Shown piece by piece: positions 15,748-24,666 of a stretch of 43,985 nucleotides of DNA. The notes beneath the pieces are model-generated. The model worked only from the letters and a program-made list of their open reading frames with translations, was not told the origin of the DNA and ran no database searches. Source of the stretch: a virus; the IMG/VR virus record IMGVR_UViG_3300045988_075559. One strand, given 5' to 3'. Made by a program: the position numbers and the translations under genes. The first letter of the stretch is position 1. Each line of letters begins with the position of its first letter.

Positions 15748-16512
15748 TTACCTCCCTATCATCCGCAGATATTCCTCTACAAGTGTCTGATAGTCTTCTG
15801 CTGCCGCTGACCGCTTGCTATATAACACAACCGGTGTTCTGGCATATGTACTCTTTGCAACTGCCAGAGAATTTCTGATCACCGTCTCCATCGTCGGATA
15901 CCATTTCCTTATAATCTCCGCTCCCTGGCTATGCGCTTCGTTGTATTTGTTGTACTTGCTGATAAAGCACTTTACATTTTCCAGATCTGGGTTCAATTCA
16001 CATTTAATCTCATCGATCTGATCCAGAAGCTCATCCATGCCTTCTGTTGTGTTGTCGTCGACTTCTACCGGGATCAGAACATCATCTGCTGCCGTCAGCG
16101 CATTAATAACGGATACATTGATGTCCGGGGCATTATCGATCACACAGTAATCATAATTGTCTTTTACCTGTTGCAGGGCGTTCTTTAGTCTGGTCTGCTG
16201 AGGTCTTACACGGTCCATCGTCACCTCCATGTTTGCTGTCAGAAGGTTCAGATTCGCAGTGATCACATCTAAATTCTCGTAATCTGTTTTCTGGATCAGG
16301 CTTACCATGTCTGGTTTCTTGTCAACCATTATCTTGTCTATTCCTGCCCCTTCCTGGGTGCGTCGGTTCATCCCCCTCGAACAATCTCCCTGTTTGTCGT
16401 TATCTACAAGAAGGACTCTCTTTCCCTTTGTAGAAAGAATGTAAGCAATATTGATGCTTGAGGTGGTCTTTGCCACCCCTCCTTTTAAATTGATAATTGC
16501 AATTGTTCTCAT
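15748..16512 (-). CDS. ParA/Soj-type partition ATPase
   Basis: Walker A INLKGGVAKTT and ...LLVDNDKQGD.... ATG 16510-16512 (SD AAGGA) is preferred over the ORF-track start at 16584. Confidence 0.8.
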   Translation of the reverse strand: MRTIAIINLKGGVAKTTSSINIAYILSTKGKRVLLVDNDKQGDCSRGMNRRTQEGAGIDKIMVDKKPDMVSLIQKTDYENLDVITANLNLLTANMEVTMDRVRPQQTRLKNALQQVKDNYDYCVIDNAPDINVSVINALTAADDVLIPVEVDDNTTEGMDELLDQIDEIKCELNPDLENVKCFISKYNKYNEAHSQGAEIIRKWYPTMETVIRNSLAVAKSTYARTPVVLYSKRSAAAEDYQTLVEEYLRMIGR

Positions 16513-16531
16513 AATCGTTTTCCTTTTTTTG

Positions 16532-16942
16532 TCATTCTCTTTCTTTACCTCTGCTGCATCCTTCGTCTTCTTCCAGGCTTTCATCCAACCCTCTTGCGAG
16601 TCTGCACCAGTCTAATCCGGTTTCTTCGTGCGCTCTATATATACAGTCTTTGCAGAGTACAATTCTTCTGTACTTTTTCAACAACTTCCAAGCCTCACTC
16701 TGGGCGAAAGAATTGATTTCGTCATATTCTGCCTTTATTTTACTTATGTGCTTACTCATTTCGCACGAACTGCAGAAATAAAACTCAAGTGCTTCCTGGT
16801 TGGTCGTCTTCTCTCTGTATTGACAGATGTTGTTGCAGATGTAACTCTCCAAAGCTTCAATGTCTGTGTCTATTCCTTCGCTTTCGGTCTTCGTCAGCGC
16901 GGCGCATCCATTCAGGTTTTCCTCCTTCTGGTTCGCTTTCAA
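16532..16942 (-). CDS. Hypothetical Cys-rich protein (136 aa)
   Basis: TTG 16940-16942 is 7 nt after AAGGAGGG. It overlaps the alternative-frame ORF 16857-17081, so the boundaries are uncertain. Confidence 0.4.
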   Translation of the reverse strand: MKANQKEENLNGCAALTKTESEGIDTDIEALESYICNNICQYREKTTNQEALEFYFCSSCEMSKHISKIKAEYDEINSFAQSEAWKLLKKYRRIVLCKDCIYRAHEETGLDWCRLARGLDESLEEDEGCSRGKERE

Positions 16943-17001
16943 AGTAAATCCCTCCTTTCCGGTCTTTGTAGTACGTGAATCTGTATCCGGATTTAATGAT
17001 C

Positions 17002-17511
17002 TCACCCAGATACTCCATTTCTGCCGGGTTCTGTTCTGGTCTCAGGCTCCAGCCTTTGCCCCATAGTTCTTCTGCATTCATCTTTTCTCTTTTCCATCTC
17101 CTCCTGCAGCCACCCGGAGTAACTGTGTTTCTCAGTCTTTTCGGACAATTGATGTGCATCAGGAAGGGCATGGACGGCCGCATATACCCGCTTCCATTCT
17201 TCTGCATTCCTGATCGGTTCTCCTTTGGTGTCTTTCCATCCGGATCCGGCCAGCTCTTCCAACTTCAGGATCCTGCTGCTTACATATGCGTCCCGGGTAT
17301 GTACACAGATCTCCGAAGGTACTGTCATGCGTTCCAGGGCTTCTGCCAGTGTGAGCAGGACAGTCTGGTGATAGGTTCCCTTGTAATGTCCGAAACCCTC
17401 TCTGGTCTTTTCCTCATTGTGTACCAATACCGAGAGGACATATCCACATTTTCTGTCTGTAGTCCCCTGGAAAATACTGCTGGTCTCAAGATATATATCT
17501 ACATGTGTCAT
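17002..17511 (-). CDS. RNase H-like protein
   Basis: ATG is 5 nt after GGGGGG. The pattern VDIYLETSS...HQTVLLTLAEAL...HTRDAYV is reminiscent of the RNase HI fold. The C-terminal about 25 aa may be out-of-frame read-through. Confidence 0.4.
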   Translation of the reverse strand: MTHVDIYLETSSIFQGTTDRKCGYVLSVLVHNEEKTREGFGHYKGTYHQTVLLTLAEALERMTVPSEICVHTRDAYVSSRILKLEELAGSGWKDTKGEPIRNAEEWKRVYAAVHALPDAHQLSEKTEKHSYSGWLQEEMEKRKDECRRTMGQRLEPETRTEPGRNGVSG

Positions 17512-17512
17512 T

Positions 17513-18271
17513 TCATCCCCCCTTGTCTATCCTTATAAGGGTATAGTGCCGGTATGCATATCCTGTGTAGGGGTTAATCCCCATTTTCACAGACTCCGGA
17601 TCCACGTAATATCCTTTCGGAGCTTTCGGGTAGATTGGCCGTTTGTGCCGGTCCACCAGATTTCTTCTTTTTATCTCTTTTTGCTTAGGTTCTTTCCGGA
17701 TCAGGTTACGGGAGCAACTATATCTCTTAATTTCGTCCGGTTCATGTTCTTCCAGAGGCTTTGTGATATACTCTGAAAGTTTCACATATCCTCCGGCATC
17801 ATAGAGAGATGCGAAATATACATGCCCGTTCTCCCACAGTTCTGATATGATCCTGTCTGTTCCGGTCTCCTGATCTGCTTCTCTGTTTACCAGAAGGTGC
17901 ACATGGGGGCCGCCTTTCTTTCCAATTGCCAGGCGGTAAATATATTTCAGTTCCCATCCCTTTTTCTTATATTTCAGTCGGACTTTTCTGATCAGCTTCG
18001 CAAGATCTTTCTTCATCTGTTCCCACGCGGGGCGTTCCCCCTTCTTGTATGTGAGAGTCATCCAGTAATCGCCCGGAGAGAAATTCCACTTGATCAGTCT
18101 CCTGACATCTCTTTCCCTTCTCCACTGGTTCTGTTTGGCAATTTCTTCCGGAGTAGCTTTCTTTTTCTCTTCTCTTTCCTGTCCCCTGGCTCCATACCTT
18201 CCGGTATGCTTTTCCTCTATCTCCATGGTACTCCCAAAGTCCCATATCTCCCTTATGTATGCCCATCTCAT
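17513..18271 (-). CDS. Rolling-circle replication initiator (HUH endonuclease)
   Basis: ATG is 7 nt after AGGAG. Motif 1 is YWMTLTYKK, the HUH motif is GGPHVHLLVN, and the Tyr motif is YVKLSEYITKP. Confidence 0.65.
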   Translation of the reverse strand: MRWAYIREIWDFGSTMEIEEKHTGRYGARGQEREEKKKATPEEIAKQNQWRRERDVRRLIKWNFSPGDYWMTLTYKKGERPAWEQMKKDLAKLIRKVRLKYKKKGWELKYIYRLAIGKKGGPHVHLLVNREADQETGTDRIISELWENGHVYFASLYDAGGYVKLSEYITKPLEEHEPDEIKRYSCSRNLIRKEPKQKEIKRRNLVDRHKRPIYPKAPKGYYVDPESVKMGINPYTGYAYRHYTLIRIDKGG

Positions 18272-18464
18272 ATAAGTACTCCTGTCGCAAGTTTAATACC
18301 CCTAATCGAGCTTTTAAGAGACGTATTGTCTCGAAAAAAAGTTAAAAATATGGCAGGTCACTCCTGCCGGAATTGACATTCCGCCGCCTGAGTGTTATAC
18401 TTGTTGTATTGCAATTATCTCATGTGGCGGAAGCCAGGCTCATGCATTCCCGTGCATGGGCTTT

Positions 18465-18800
18465 TTATTTATTCTTGAATTCTTTGTATAATTCTCTTCC
18501 TGCTGCTTCGGTCATATTGCCGCTAATCATCTCTGACTTAGTCGTATATCTTAATCCGCTTAACAGTGCTTCTGCCGCTTGTGCTGCTTCTGGAATATCT
18601 TTCTTTATTCCTTCTGCGACTATGCTTAATGCAGCTATGACAAAAACTATGTCTCCCGCTGGAACAAATCCTACGATTTCCTGCAGTTCATTTACCCATA
18701 CCTTGGTGCGTTCTGTAGAAAGCTTTAAAAGTTCTATACCTTTTGCATTCATCAACTTTTTCTCAAATTCTTTGTAGCCATTAAAATCTGTTCTTAACAT
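18465..18800 (-). CDS. Hypothetical protein (111 aa)
   Basis: ATG 18798-18800 is 8 nt after AAGGAG. Confidence 0.55.
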   Translation of the reverse strand: MLRTDFNGYKEFEKKLMNAKGIELLKLSTERTKVWVNELQEIVGFVPAGDIVFVIAALSIVAEGIKKDIPEAAQAAEALLSGLRYTTKSEMISGNMTEAAGRELYKEFKNK

Positions 18801-18868
18801 TTCATTTTCTCCTTGATTTTTCGTTGGTTTTGTTTTATACTTTTTGTAAATCAAATTATTTTCTTTTT

Positions 18869-19069
18869 TTATAAGCCTCTCATGTTTGCAGACGTGAGGG
18901 CTTTTTTAATTACTTTTCTCTTCTCCTGCAGCCAGATCAGGATCACCAGGCACGTGATACTCAGCACTATTGTTCCGGCAAAGAGTTCTAATCTTGTGTT
19001 CCAGTCCCAGATCGGGAGCATGGCGGTTATGTATCCGATCAGCAGAGATATGATCATCTTGCGTTCCAA
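18869..19069 (-). CDS. Small membrane protein (66 aa, two hydrophobic segments)
   Basis: TTG is 8 nt after GGGAGG. Hydrophobic segments IISLLIGYITAML and LFAGTIVLSITCLVILIWL. Confidence 0.5.
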   Translation of the reverse strand: MERKMIISLLIGYITAMLPIWDWNTRLELFAGTIVLSITCLVILIWLQEKRKVIKKALTSANMRGL

Positions 19070-19117
19070 TTTTCTCGCCTCCCTTCATTTATGTATGCTT
19101 GTCCTACTGTCTCCGCC

Positions 19118-19285
19118 TTATTCGGCGGTTTTTCTTTCGTAATTCTTTCTTTGGTAATATCCGATTATAATCTTCGAAACATTATCTATAATTCTCTGAT
19201 TATCTTCCTTTGTGTTATTTTTACAGTAGTCGTCGTGGATTCGGATTAAGCCGGATCCGTATTTGATTTCTTTAATCACTGCCAT
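19118..19285 (-). CDS. Small hypothetical protein (55 aa, below the ORF-track cutoff)
   Basis: ATG 19283-19285 is 7 nt after GAGGTG. Sequence MAVIKEIKYGSGLIRIHDDYCKNNTKEDNQRIIDNVSKIIIGYYQRKNYERKTAE. Confidence 0.45.
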   Translation of the reverse strand: MAVIKEIKYGSGLIRIHDDYCKNNTKEDNQRIIDNVSKIIIGYYQRKNYERKTAE

Positions 19286-19350
19286 ATGTAATCACCTCTC
19301 TTGGATTATGTTATGTTGTGTGGTTGTACAGGGTTCCTTCCCTGCTCAAG

Positions 19351-19545
19351 TCACTTTTCTTCCCATTCCGCAAAATAATCCATACTTACATCAAAGTACT
19401 TTGCGACCTTTAAAATATTTTCAAATGTCGGAGATGCTTCGTTCCATTTGCCGATAGTCCCATTCCCGATATTTAACTTCTTCTCCAGCGAAGCAATTGA
19501 GATTCCCTCTTCTGCTGCCAGGCGCTTGATTTTTTCATAAATCAT
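19351..19545 (-). CDS. XRE-family HTH regulator (Cro-like, 64 aa)
   Basis: HTH ...ISIASLEKKLNIGNGTIGKWN.... The palindrome tcataga-N6-tctatga (19561-19580) abuts its SD. Confidence 0.75.
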   Translation of the reverse strand: MIYEKIKRLAAEEGISIASLEKKLNIGNGTIGKWNEASPTFENILKVAKYFDVSMDYFAEWEEK

Positions 19546-19879
19546 TTTTTTCTTCCTCTTCTCATAGACTTAAATCTATGAAAGTGTTATTATTGAATTG
19601 TTACTTTAGGTTTTAGTCTAATTTGGTACATAACCAGAAAGGAGTTGCCAAGGGGTAACAACTCAGGGACGCTTCCCAAGATGGGAGGTGTGGTTAAGGG
19701 ATTCTGTAAAAGATATCCTCGAATGTATCTTTCTTGTCCTGCAGATTATTTATCTAATCGACAAGTTTGATATGTAAAACCATTTTGCAGTGCTTTCGGC
19801 ACTCAGTTGGAAGCACTGTGAAATCCATTTTCACACCTCACGCATCTATTCCCAGACATTTCTGTCATTCCCACCCTTT

Positions 19880-20047
19880 TTATCCGGCTTTCTTCTGTTC
19901 TGCGCCTGCCAGAGCGATAACTGTATTCATACAGCCATCCAGGTAACCTTTCTGTCTCTCTGTAAGGCAGTCCCAGATTGCATTCATTTCTTCCATCTGC
20001 TGCCATCTCTGTTTTACTTTTTCTTCTGTAAGGATTTCTTTCATCAT
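19880..20047 (-). CDS. Small early protein (55 aa, below the ORF-track cutoff)
   Basis: ATG 20045-20047 follows GAGGTGAAACACA. It is the first gene downstream of the consensus early promoter. Sequence MMKEILTEEKVKQRWQQMEEMNAIWDCLTERQKGYLDGCMNTVIALAGAEQKKAG. Confidence 0.5.
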   Translation of the reverse strand: MMKEILTEEKVKQRWQQMEEMNAIWDCLTERQKGYLDGCMNTVIALAGAEQKKAG

Positions 20048-20082
20048 TGTGTTTCACCTCGCTTTCTGTTGTCTATGGTCAC

Positions 20083-20111
20083 ATTATATATTCCTATGGT
20101 AACTTTGTCAA
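20083..20111 (-). promoter_or_regulatory. Early (lytic-direction) sigma-70 promoter
   Basis: Minus strand TTGACA (20111-20106), N17, TATAAT (20088-20083), a perfect consensus. It is overlapped by the ATGGTMAC repeats at 20073-82 and 20094-103. Confidence 0.6.
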
Positions 20112-20143
20112 TAACTTTTTGTTTCCTTTGGTAACTTTTTGTA

Positions 20144-20172
20144 TTGACTTTATTTAATATAGGTGTTATTCT
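20144..20172 (+). promoter_or_regulatory. Putative repressor-gene promoter
   Basis: TTGACT (20144-20149), N17, TATTCT (20167-20172), 30 nt upstream of the CI-like start. Confidence 0.35.
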
Positions 20173-20202
20173 TTGATTAAAGAATTGCAAGGAGGTGAGC
20201 TA

Positions 20203-20577
20203 ATGACACAGGGTGAACGTGTAAAATCCGTCCGCGATAAAAAGCAGATGACAATGGAACAATTCGGGGAAAAGCTTGGTGTTACCAAAACAGCTATTTC
20301 TCGAATTGAAAAAGGTGATCGAAGTCTTACAGAACAAATGCTCAAGTCAATTTGTCGTGAGTTTAGTGTGAACGAGGACTGGTTGCGGACCGGAGCTGGT
20401 GGCCCTGAGAATATGTTTATTCCGGAAGATATGCGGTACCTTAACACCGTCGGCAGACTGGGAAACGAGCAGAACGAATTCAAAAAGTTCTGTATTAATA
20501 TGCTGATGGAGCTTCCGGACAAATACTGGGATTACATTTATGAAGAATTCAAGAAATTTGAGAAAAAAGAAGAGTAG
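20203..20577 (+). CDS. CI-like repressor (XRE HTH plus C-terminal domain)
   Basis: ATG 20203 is 7 nt after AAGGAGG. HTH MTMEQFGEKLGVTKTAISRIEKGDRSLT. It is divergent from the early promoter. Confidence 0.75.
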   Translation: MTQGERVKSVRDKKQMTMEQFGEKLGVTKTAISRIEKGDRSLTEQMLKSICREFSVNEDWLRTGAGGPENMFIPEDMRYLNTVGRLGNEQNEFKKFCINMLMELPDKYWDYIYEEFKKFEKKEE

Positions 20578-20912
20578 CCACTAAGGCTACTCCTTCCGAG
20601 GTTATCTGCAGATAAAATTGTAGATCATCTTTCCAGGAATCCGATAAGGAGATAATAGATCTCTTTTGCGCGGTTCCGGTTTCTTTCAAGTAATTTGATA
20701 ATAAGTGTAATGTATTTTTCGTTTTCCATGAGTATGTACCTCCTGTATCGAACATTCGTTTGTATTTAATATACAACAAGATTCTTTCGATTTCAAGAGG
20801 TGCTTTGTAGTATTTTCATAATCATCCCTCCCTGTGTATATTATGACATTTTTTCCAAAAAAATCATGCATTTAGAGGGAATCGTCCAGCATTCTGGACA
20901 CTTTTTTTGTTT

Positions 20913-21134
20913 TTACTTGTAATCCGACTCGAACAAGTCGGTAATCCGCACTTTTAGTGCTTTTGCAAGCAGCTCCATGTTTTCCATCGTTGGCGAATAT
21001 ACTTCGTTCATTATATTATCTATTGTGGACTTGGATATTCCCGATCTGACAGAGAGCTGCCGGACTGAAATGTTTTTGCTATACATAATTTCGCTTAACA
21101 ATATCTTCATAACCTTATTTCTTAGCAAAAGCAT
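20913..21134 (-). CDS. XRE-family HTH regulator (73 aa; start ambiguous, 21134 or 21110)
   Basis: HTH ...ISVRQLSVRSGISKSTIDNIMN.... A TATAAT lies 5 nt upstream of ATG 21134, so the transcript may be leaderless. Confidence 0.65.
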   Translation of the reverse strand: MLLLRNKVMKILLSEIMYSKNISVRQLSVRSGISKSTIDNIMNEVYSPTMENMELLAKALKVRITDLFESDYK

Positions 21135-21182
21135 TTCTATTATACTGGAAATTCATTCCATAAAAATCAGGAGGTTTTTCTT

Positions 21183-21683
21183 ATGAAAAAGAAATGGCTT
21201 TACGTAGTGCTTGCAGTATTAATAATTGGAGGAATCGGTTCTACAAGCCATAAAGATAGTTCTACCGATAGTTCTACTGATGCTTCTACTACTAATGTCG
21301 CAGATAATATTACGCCAACAGAAGCACCGGAACCAGAAGCAAATACTTCTGCAATGGTAGATAGCATCGTAAATAAAGCTAAATCTGATGCTGATGGTCA
21401 GTTGGATTTAGATACCTGCAAAGAAGCGCTTTCATACTTGAAGGACAATTATCCAAACTACTTTACAGATAATGAAACCATGGAAAAAGTCATGTATTAT
21501 GGAGCTTTTCTCGAATACTCATTTGAAGGTAAAGGGATTAACGATGTATGCGCAACTTTAGGTCAAGATGCTTTGCAGACAGTTAAATATGTATATCGTG
21601 GAGCCGATGCAATAGAAGATGAATCTACGCAATCAAATCTCAGACAGGTAAAAGAATCTCTCGATTCTGTATCATTAGAATAA
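21183..21683 (+). CDS. Secreted / membrane-anchored lysogeny-module protein (possible superinfection exclusion)
   Basis: ATG is 8 nt after AGGAGG. N-terminal anchor KKKWLYVVLAVLIIGGIG followed by a Ser/Thr/Asp-rich linker. Confidence 0.5.
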   Translation: MKKKWLYVVLAVLIIGGIGSTSHKDSSTDSSTDASTTNVADNITPTEAPEPEANTSAMVDSIVNKAKSDADGQLDLDTCKEALSYLKDNYPNYFTDNETMEKVMYYGAFLEYSFEGKGINDVCATLGQDALQTVKYVYRGADAIEDESTQSNLRQVKESLDSVSLE

Positions 21684-21842
21684 TAAAAACCGCCCCTGCT
21701 TAACAGAGACGGCTTTAAGAATCTTTGCAGTTGTGAATGCTCAATTCTTTCCTGGACAGTTAGAATTATAGCATATTTATTTACACCTGCAAAGGTGTAT
21801 TTTTTATACCCTTTTTTACATAAAATATCACGGAGGTGTGCT

Positions 21843-23417
21843 ATGAGTCTTGAAAATGTATGTATCTATTTAAGAAAGTCCCGTGCTGATCGGGAGGCTG
21901 AAGCAAGAGGTGAAGGTGAAACCCTGGCTAGGCACGAACGAATCCTTCTCGATCTTGCCAGAAGCCGTAATTATAATGTCGGTGCTATTTACAGGGAAAT
22001 TGTTTCCGGAGAAACTATCTCTGCCCGACCAGTTATGCAGCAGCTCCTTCGAGAAGTCGAAGCTGGTTCGTGGGATGGTGTTCTGGTTGTAGAGGTGGAA
22101 CGTCTGGCCAGAGGCGACACGATTGATCAGGGCGTTGTGTCCAGAGCTTTCCAATTTTCTGATACGAAGATTATTACTCCAACAAAAACTTATGATCCCG
22201 ATAACGAATTTGATGAGGAATACTTCGAGTTCGGTCTTTTTATGTCCAGACGTGAATATAAAACTATCAAGCGGCGTTTAAATGCCGGAAGGATTTCTTC
22301 TGTAAAAGAAGGAAAGTATTGCGGAAGCAGACCTCCGTATGGATACGAACGTGTCAAATTGCGTGGTGAAAAAGGTTTTACTCTCCAGCCGGTTCCGGAG
22401 CAGGCCGAAGTTATTAAAATGATCTATTCTTTGTACTCCGGAGCATCCGGTGACCGAATCGGTGTTTCAAAGATTGTCCGAAAACTCAACGATATGGGGA
22501 TCAAATCTCCTTCCGGAAAAAGCTGGGTTCCGATCAGTGTCCAGGATGTTCTTGCCAATCCTGTATACGCTGGAATGATCCGCTGGAATGGTCGAAAAAC
22601 TGTCAGGGCTATTCAGGATGGTGTGGTCACGCAGTCGCGTCCACGATCTAAAGAGGATGATATACTCTTATTTCCCGGCCGGCATCCGGCAATCGTGTCT
22701 AAAGAAATGTATGATTCCGTACAGCAGATCCGGAAGAAGAACCCTCCGCGTCCGATCAGTATCAAGAACACGATAAAAAATCCTCTTGCCGGAATTGTGT
22801 ACTGCAGCAAATGTGGTCGTGCCATGGTTCGGCGGCCTTATCAGAAACGCGGTCAGGATGACACACTTATGTGTTCTTACACCTCCTGCCCTACTGTAAG
22901 CAGCAAATTGTCGCTTGTGGAAAGAGCTGTGTTAAATGGCATTCAGGATCTTGTTGACGAATACCGGCTGAATGATGCTGTTCCCGGTCCGGACATTAAC
23001 AACGCTGTTAAATCTAAAGAGAAATTAATTGCAGAGAAAGAGCATGAACTGGAGAAATTGAATGTACAGAAGATGAAGCAGTATGATCTGCTCGAACAGG
23101 GAATCTATACGACTGAGGTTTTTCTGGAACGATCTAACTCAATCGCATCCTCCATTAATTCCTGTCAGGATTCTATAGAATGTCTAAAAGAAGAAATCAG
23201 GCATGACAAAGAGCTTATTGATCAACAGTCCTCTTTCATTCCAAGATGTGAGAACCTTCTTGAAATTTATTGGAGTTTAGACACTGCTGCGAAGAACAAG
23301 ATGTTAAAAGAACTGATCGAGAGGGTTAATTATACGAAGGATGTCAAAAATGCTTTCCGGATGGGGAACGAAGCCACCTTTGTCCTGGATATTTTCCCCA
23401 GAATTCAATCAAATTAA
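21843..23417 (+). CDS. Large serine recombinase (integrase)
   Basis: ATG 21843 is 6 nt after GGAGG. Resolvase-type N-terminus (VCIYLRKSRADRE, VVEVERLARGD), recombinase domain, zinc ribbon (CSKCGRAM...C..C) and coiled-coil C-terminus. Confidence 0.9.
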   Translation: MSLENVCIYLRKSRADREAEARGEGETLARHERILLDLARSRNYNVGAIYREIVSGETISARPVMQQLLREVEAGSWDGVLVVEVERLARGDTIDQGVVSRAFQFSDTKIITPTKTYDPDNEFDEEYFEFGLFMSRREYKTIKRRLNAGRISSVKEGKYCGSRPPYGYERVKLRGEKGFTLQPVPEQAEVIKMIYSLYSGASGDRIGVSKIVRKLNDMGIKSPSGKSWVPISVQDVLANPVYAGMIRWNGRKTVRAIQDGVVTQSRPRSKEDDILLFPGRHPAIVSKEMYDSVQQIRKKNPPRPISIKNTIKNPLAGIVYCSKCGRAMVRRPYQKRGQDDTLMCSYTSCPTVSSKLSLVERAVLNGIQDLVDEYRLNDAVPGPDINNAVKSKEKLIAEKEHELEKLNVQKMKQYDLLEQGIYTTEVFLERSNSIASSINSCQDSIECLKEEIRHDKELIDQQSSFIPRCENLLEIYWSLDTAAKNKMLKELIERVNYTKDVKNAFRMGNEATFVLDIFPRIQSN

Positions 23418-23540
23418 TTAATGATAACATCTATGTACAAACGAATCAGCTCATAGCTGTTGTCATTTTAATTATGCAATAAAGCTTTGACAATACCGCA
23501 CAATGTGTGGTATTGTTTCAATATGAAGGAGGTAACAATT

Positions 23541-23957
23541 GTGAATATTACAGAAATGAGAAATTATATAGGAGTCTCCAGAGCAGAGTTCTCCAGGCGC
23601 TATAACATTCCGCTCCGTACACTTGAATCGTGGGAATCCGAAGTCCGAACTCCACCGGAATATGTTCTGCGATTATTGGAAGAATCTGTTAGAAGAACAG
23701 ACATTGTAGAAGTAACATTCATGTATGACACGCTTCTGCAAGAAGATAAAATCCATCCATGGTCTAAAGATTTAGATGACCAATACGGAGCCGATCAAGC
23801 AGCGTATAAAACCGTGTTAAATATTGTCGATAGATTCCGGGAAAGGTATCCTAATTGTGAATGGGAGGATGAAGATATAGATTATATCGATGCGATAGAA
23901 GGCTTCGCTTCAGATTTCTTAATAAAGTCGTTGGGAAAAGGAGAGGGAAATGAGTAG
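23541..23957 (+). CDS. HTH (XRE/antitoxin-like) protein with acidic C-terminal domain
   Basis: GTG 23541 is 8 nt after AAGGAGG. HTH ...MRNYIGVSRAEFSRRYNIPLRTLESWESEVRTPPEYV.... Confidence 0.6.
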   Translation: MNITEMRNYIGVSRAEFSRRYNIPLRTLESWESEVRTPPEYVLRLLEESVRRTDIVEVTFMYDTLLQEDKIHPWSKDLDDQYGADQAAYKTVLNIVDRFRERYPNCEWEDEDIDYIDAIEGFASDFLIKSLGKGEGNE

Positions 23958-24651
23958 AGAACGAGGTGCTGGATACATTCCGGATAAAAGCAATTTAATG
24001 TCAAGCACTCTGGTTATGTTGAATTTTTTCAGGGACTGCGAGAAATCATTCTCTCGCTTTTCAGCTTTTTTAGAATCGAATTATAATATAAAATCCGCAA
24101 ACACTGTTCGAATGACTCTGGTTACACTGTGCAAATGGAAGTTATTGCGTGAAACGGATTTCAAAACTTACTCGCTCACAGATGCAGGCATCAATCTGTT
24201 AAATACGCCCTCCGAAATTTCACTGGGCAAACATATACAAGCCTGTACACTTTATTTCGCAGAGATTTTGCAAGAATTAGAAATAGAAGCAGGGGTGCTA
24301 ACCGGATCAGCACTAAAACAGGCGGCAAACCAGAAATACAGTATGTCGTTCAAGTCGAGCAGCGACTTATCATGTCGCACGCAATATTTAAGGGGGTTAG
24401 GTTTTATTGAGAGAAACTCGAAGAGATATAGAATAACTTCAAAAGGAAAAGATTTCTTGCAGTTACTAAGAGATGAAAGCTTACTTTCAGAGTGCAATAA
24501 CAAAAAATCATATAAAGAACCAGAATCAAATAATCACATCAGCCTTGAGTTGCCCAACAGCTTTTTGAAGAAATGTAAAAGGCGAAATTTATCACCAGAA
24601 TTTGTGTTATATAAACTTATGGCGCACTACGCAGACAATGAATTGTTTTAG
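23950..24651 (+). CDS. Hypothetical protein with two winged-helix-like repeats (233 aa)
   Basis: It overlaps the upstream gene by 8 nt. Repeated ...LLRETDFKTYSLTDAGINLL... and ...LGFIERNSKRYRITSKGKDFLQLL... segments. Confidence 0.55.
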   Translation: MSRERGAGYIPDKSNLMSSTLVMLNFFRDCEKSFSRFSAFLESNYNIKSANTVRMTLVTLCKWKLLRETDFKTYSLTDAGINLLNTPSEISLGKHIQACTLYFAEILQELEIEAGVLTGSALKQAANQKYSMSFKSSSDLSCRTQYLRGLGFIERNSKRYRITSKGKDFLQLLRDESLLSECNNKKSYKEPESNNHISLELPNSFLKKCKRRNLSPEFVLYKLMAHYADNELF

Positions 24652-24666
24652 AAGGTTTATTCAAAA

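Noticed and set aside
16857-17207. Alternative-frame ORF (116 aa; internal start MNAEELWGKGW... at 17081) overlapping both the RNase H-like 3' end and 16532-16942
   Set aside because: It is not confidently resolvable by eye: the SD is weak and it overlaps neighbours on both sides. It is left unannotated, and the true gene boundaries in 16850-17080 remain uncertain.
18873-18910. Hairpin plus T-run resembling a plus-strand rho-independent terminator
   Set aside because: There is no plus-strand gene upstream. It lies within or just after the 3' end of a minus-strand small membrane gene, and its orientation is wrong for the local operon.
21684-21842. Candidate attP next to the serine integrase
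   Set aside because: I could not identify a convincing imperfect inverted repeat around a central dinucleotide by eye. The att site cannot be called without the host junction sequence.
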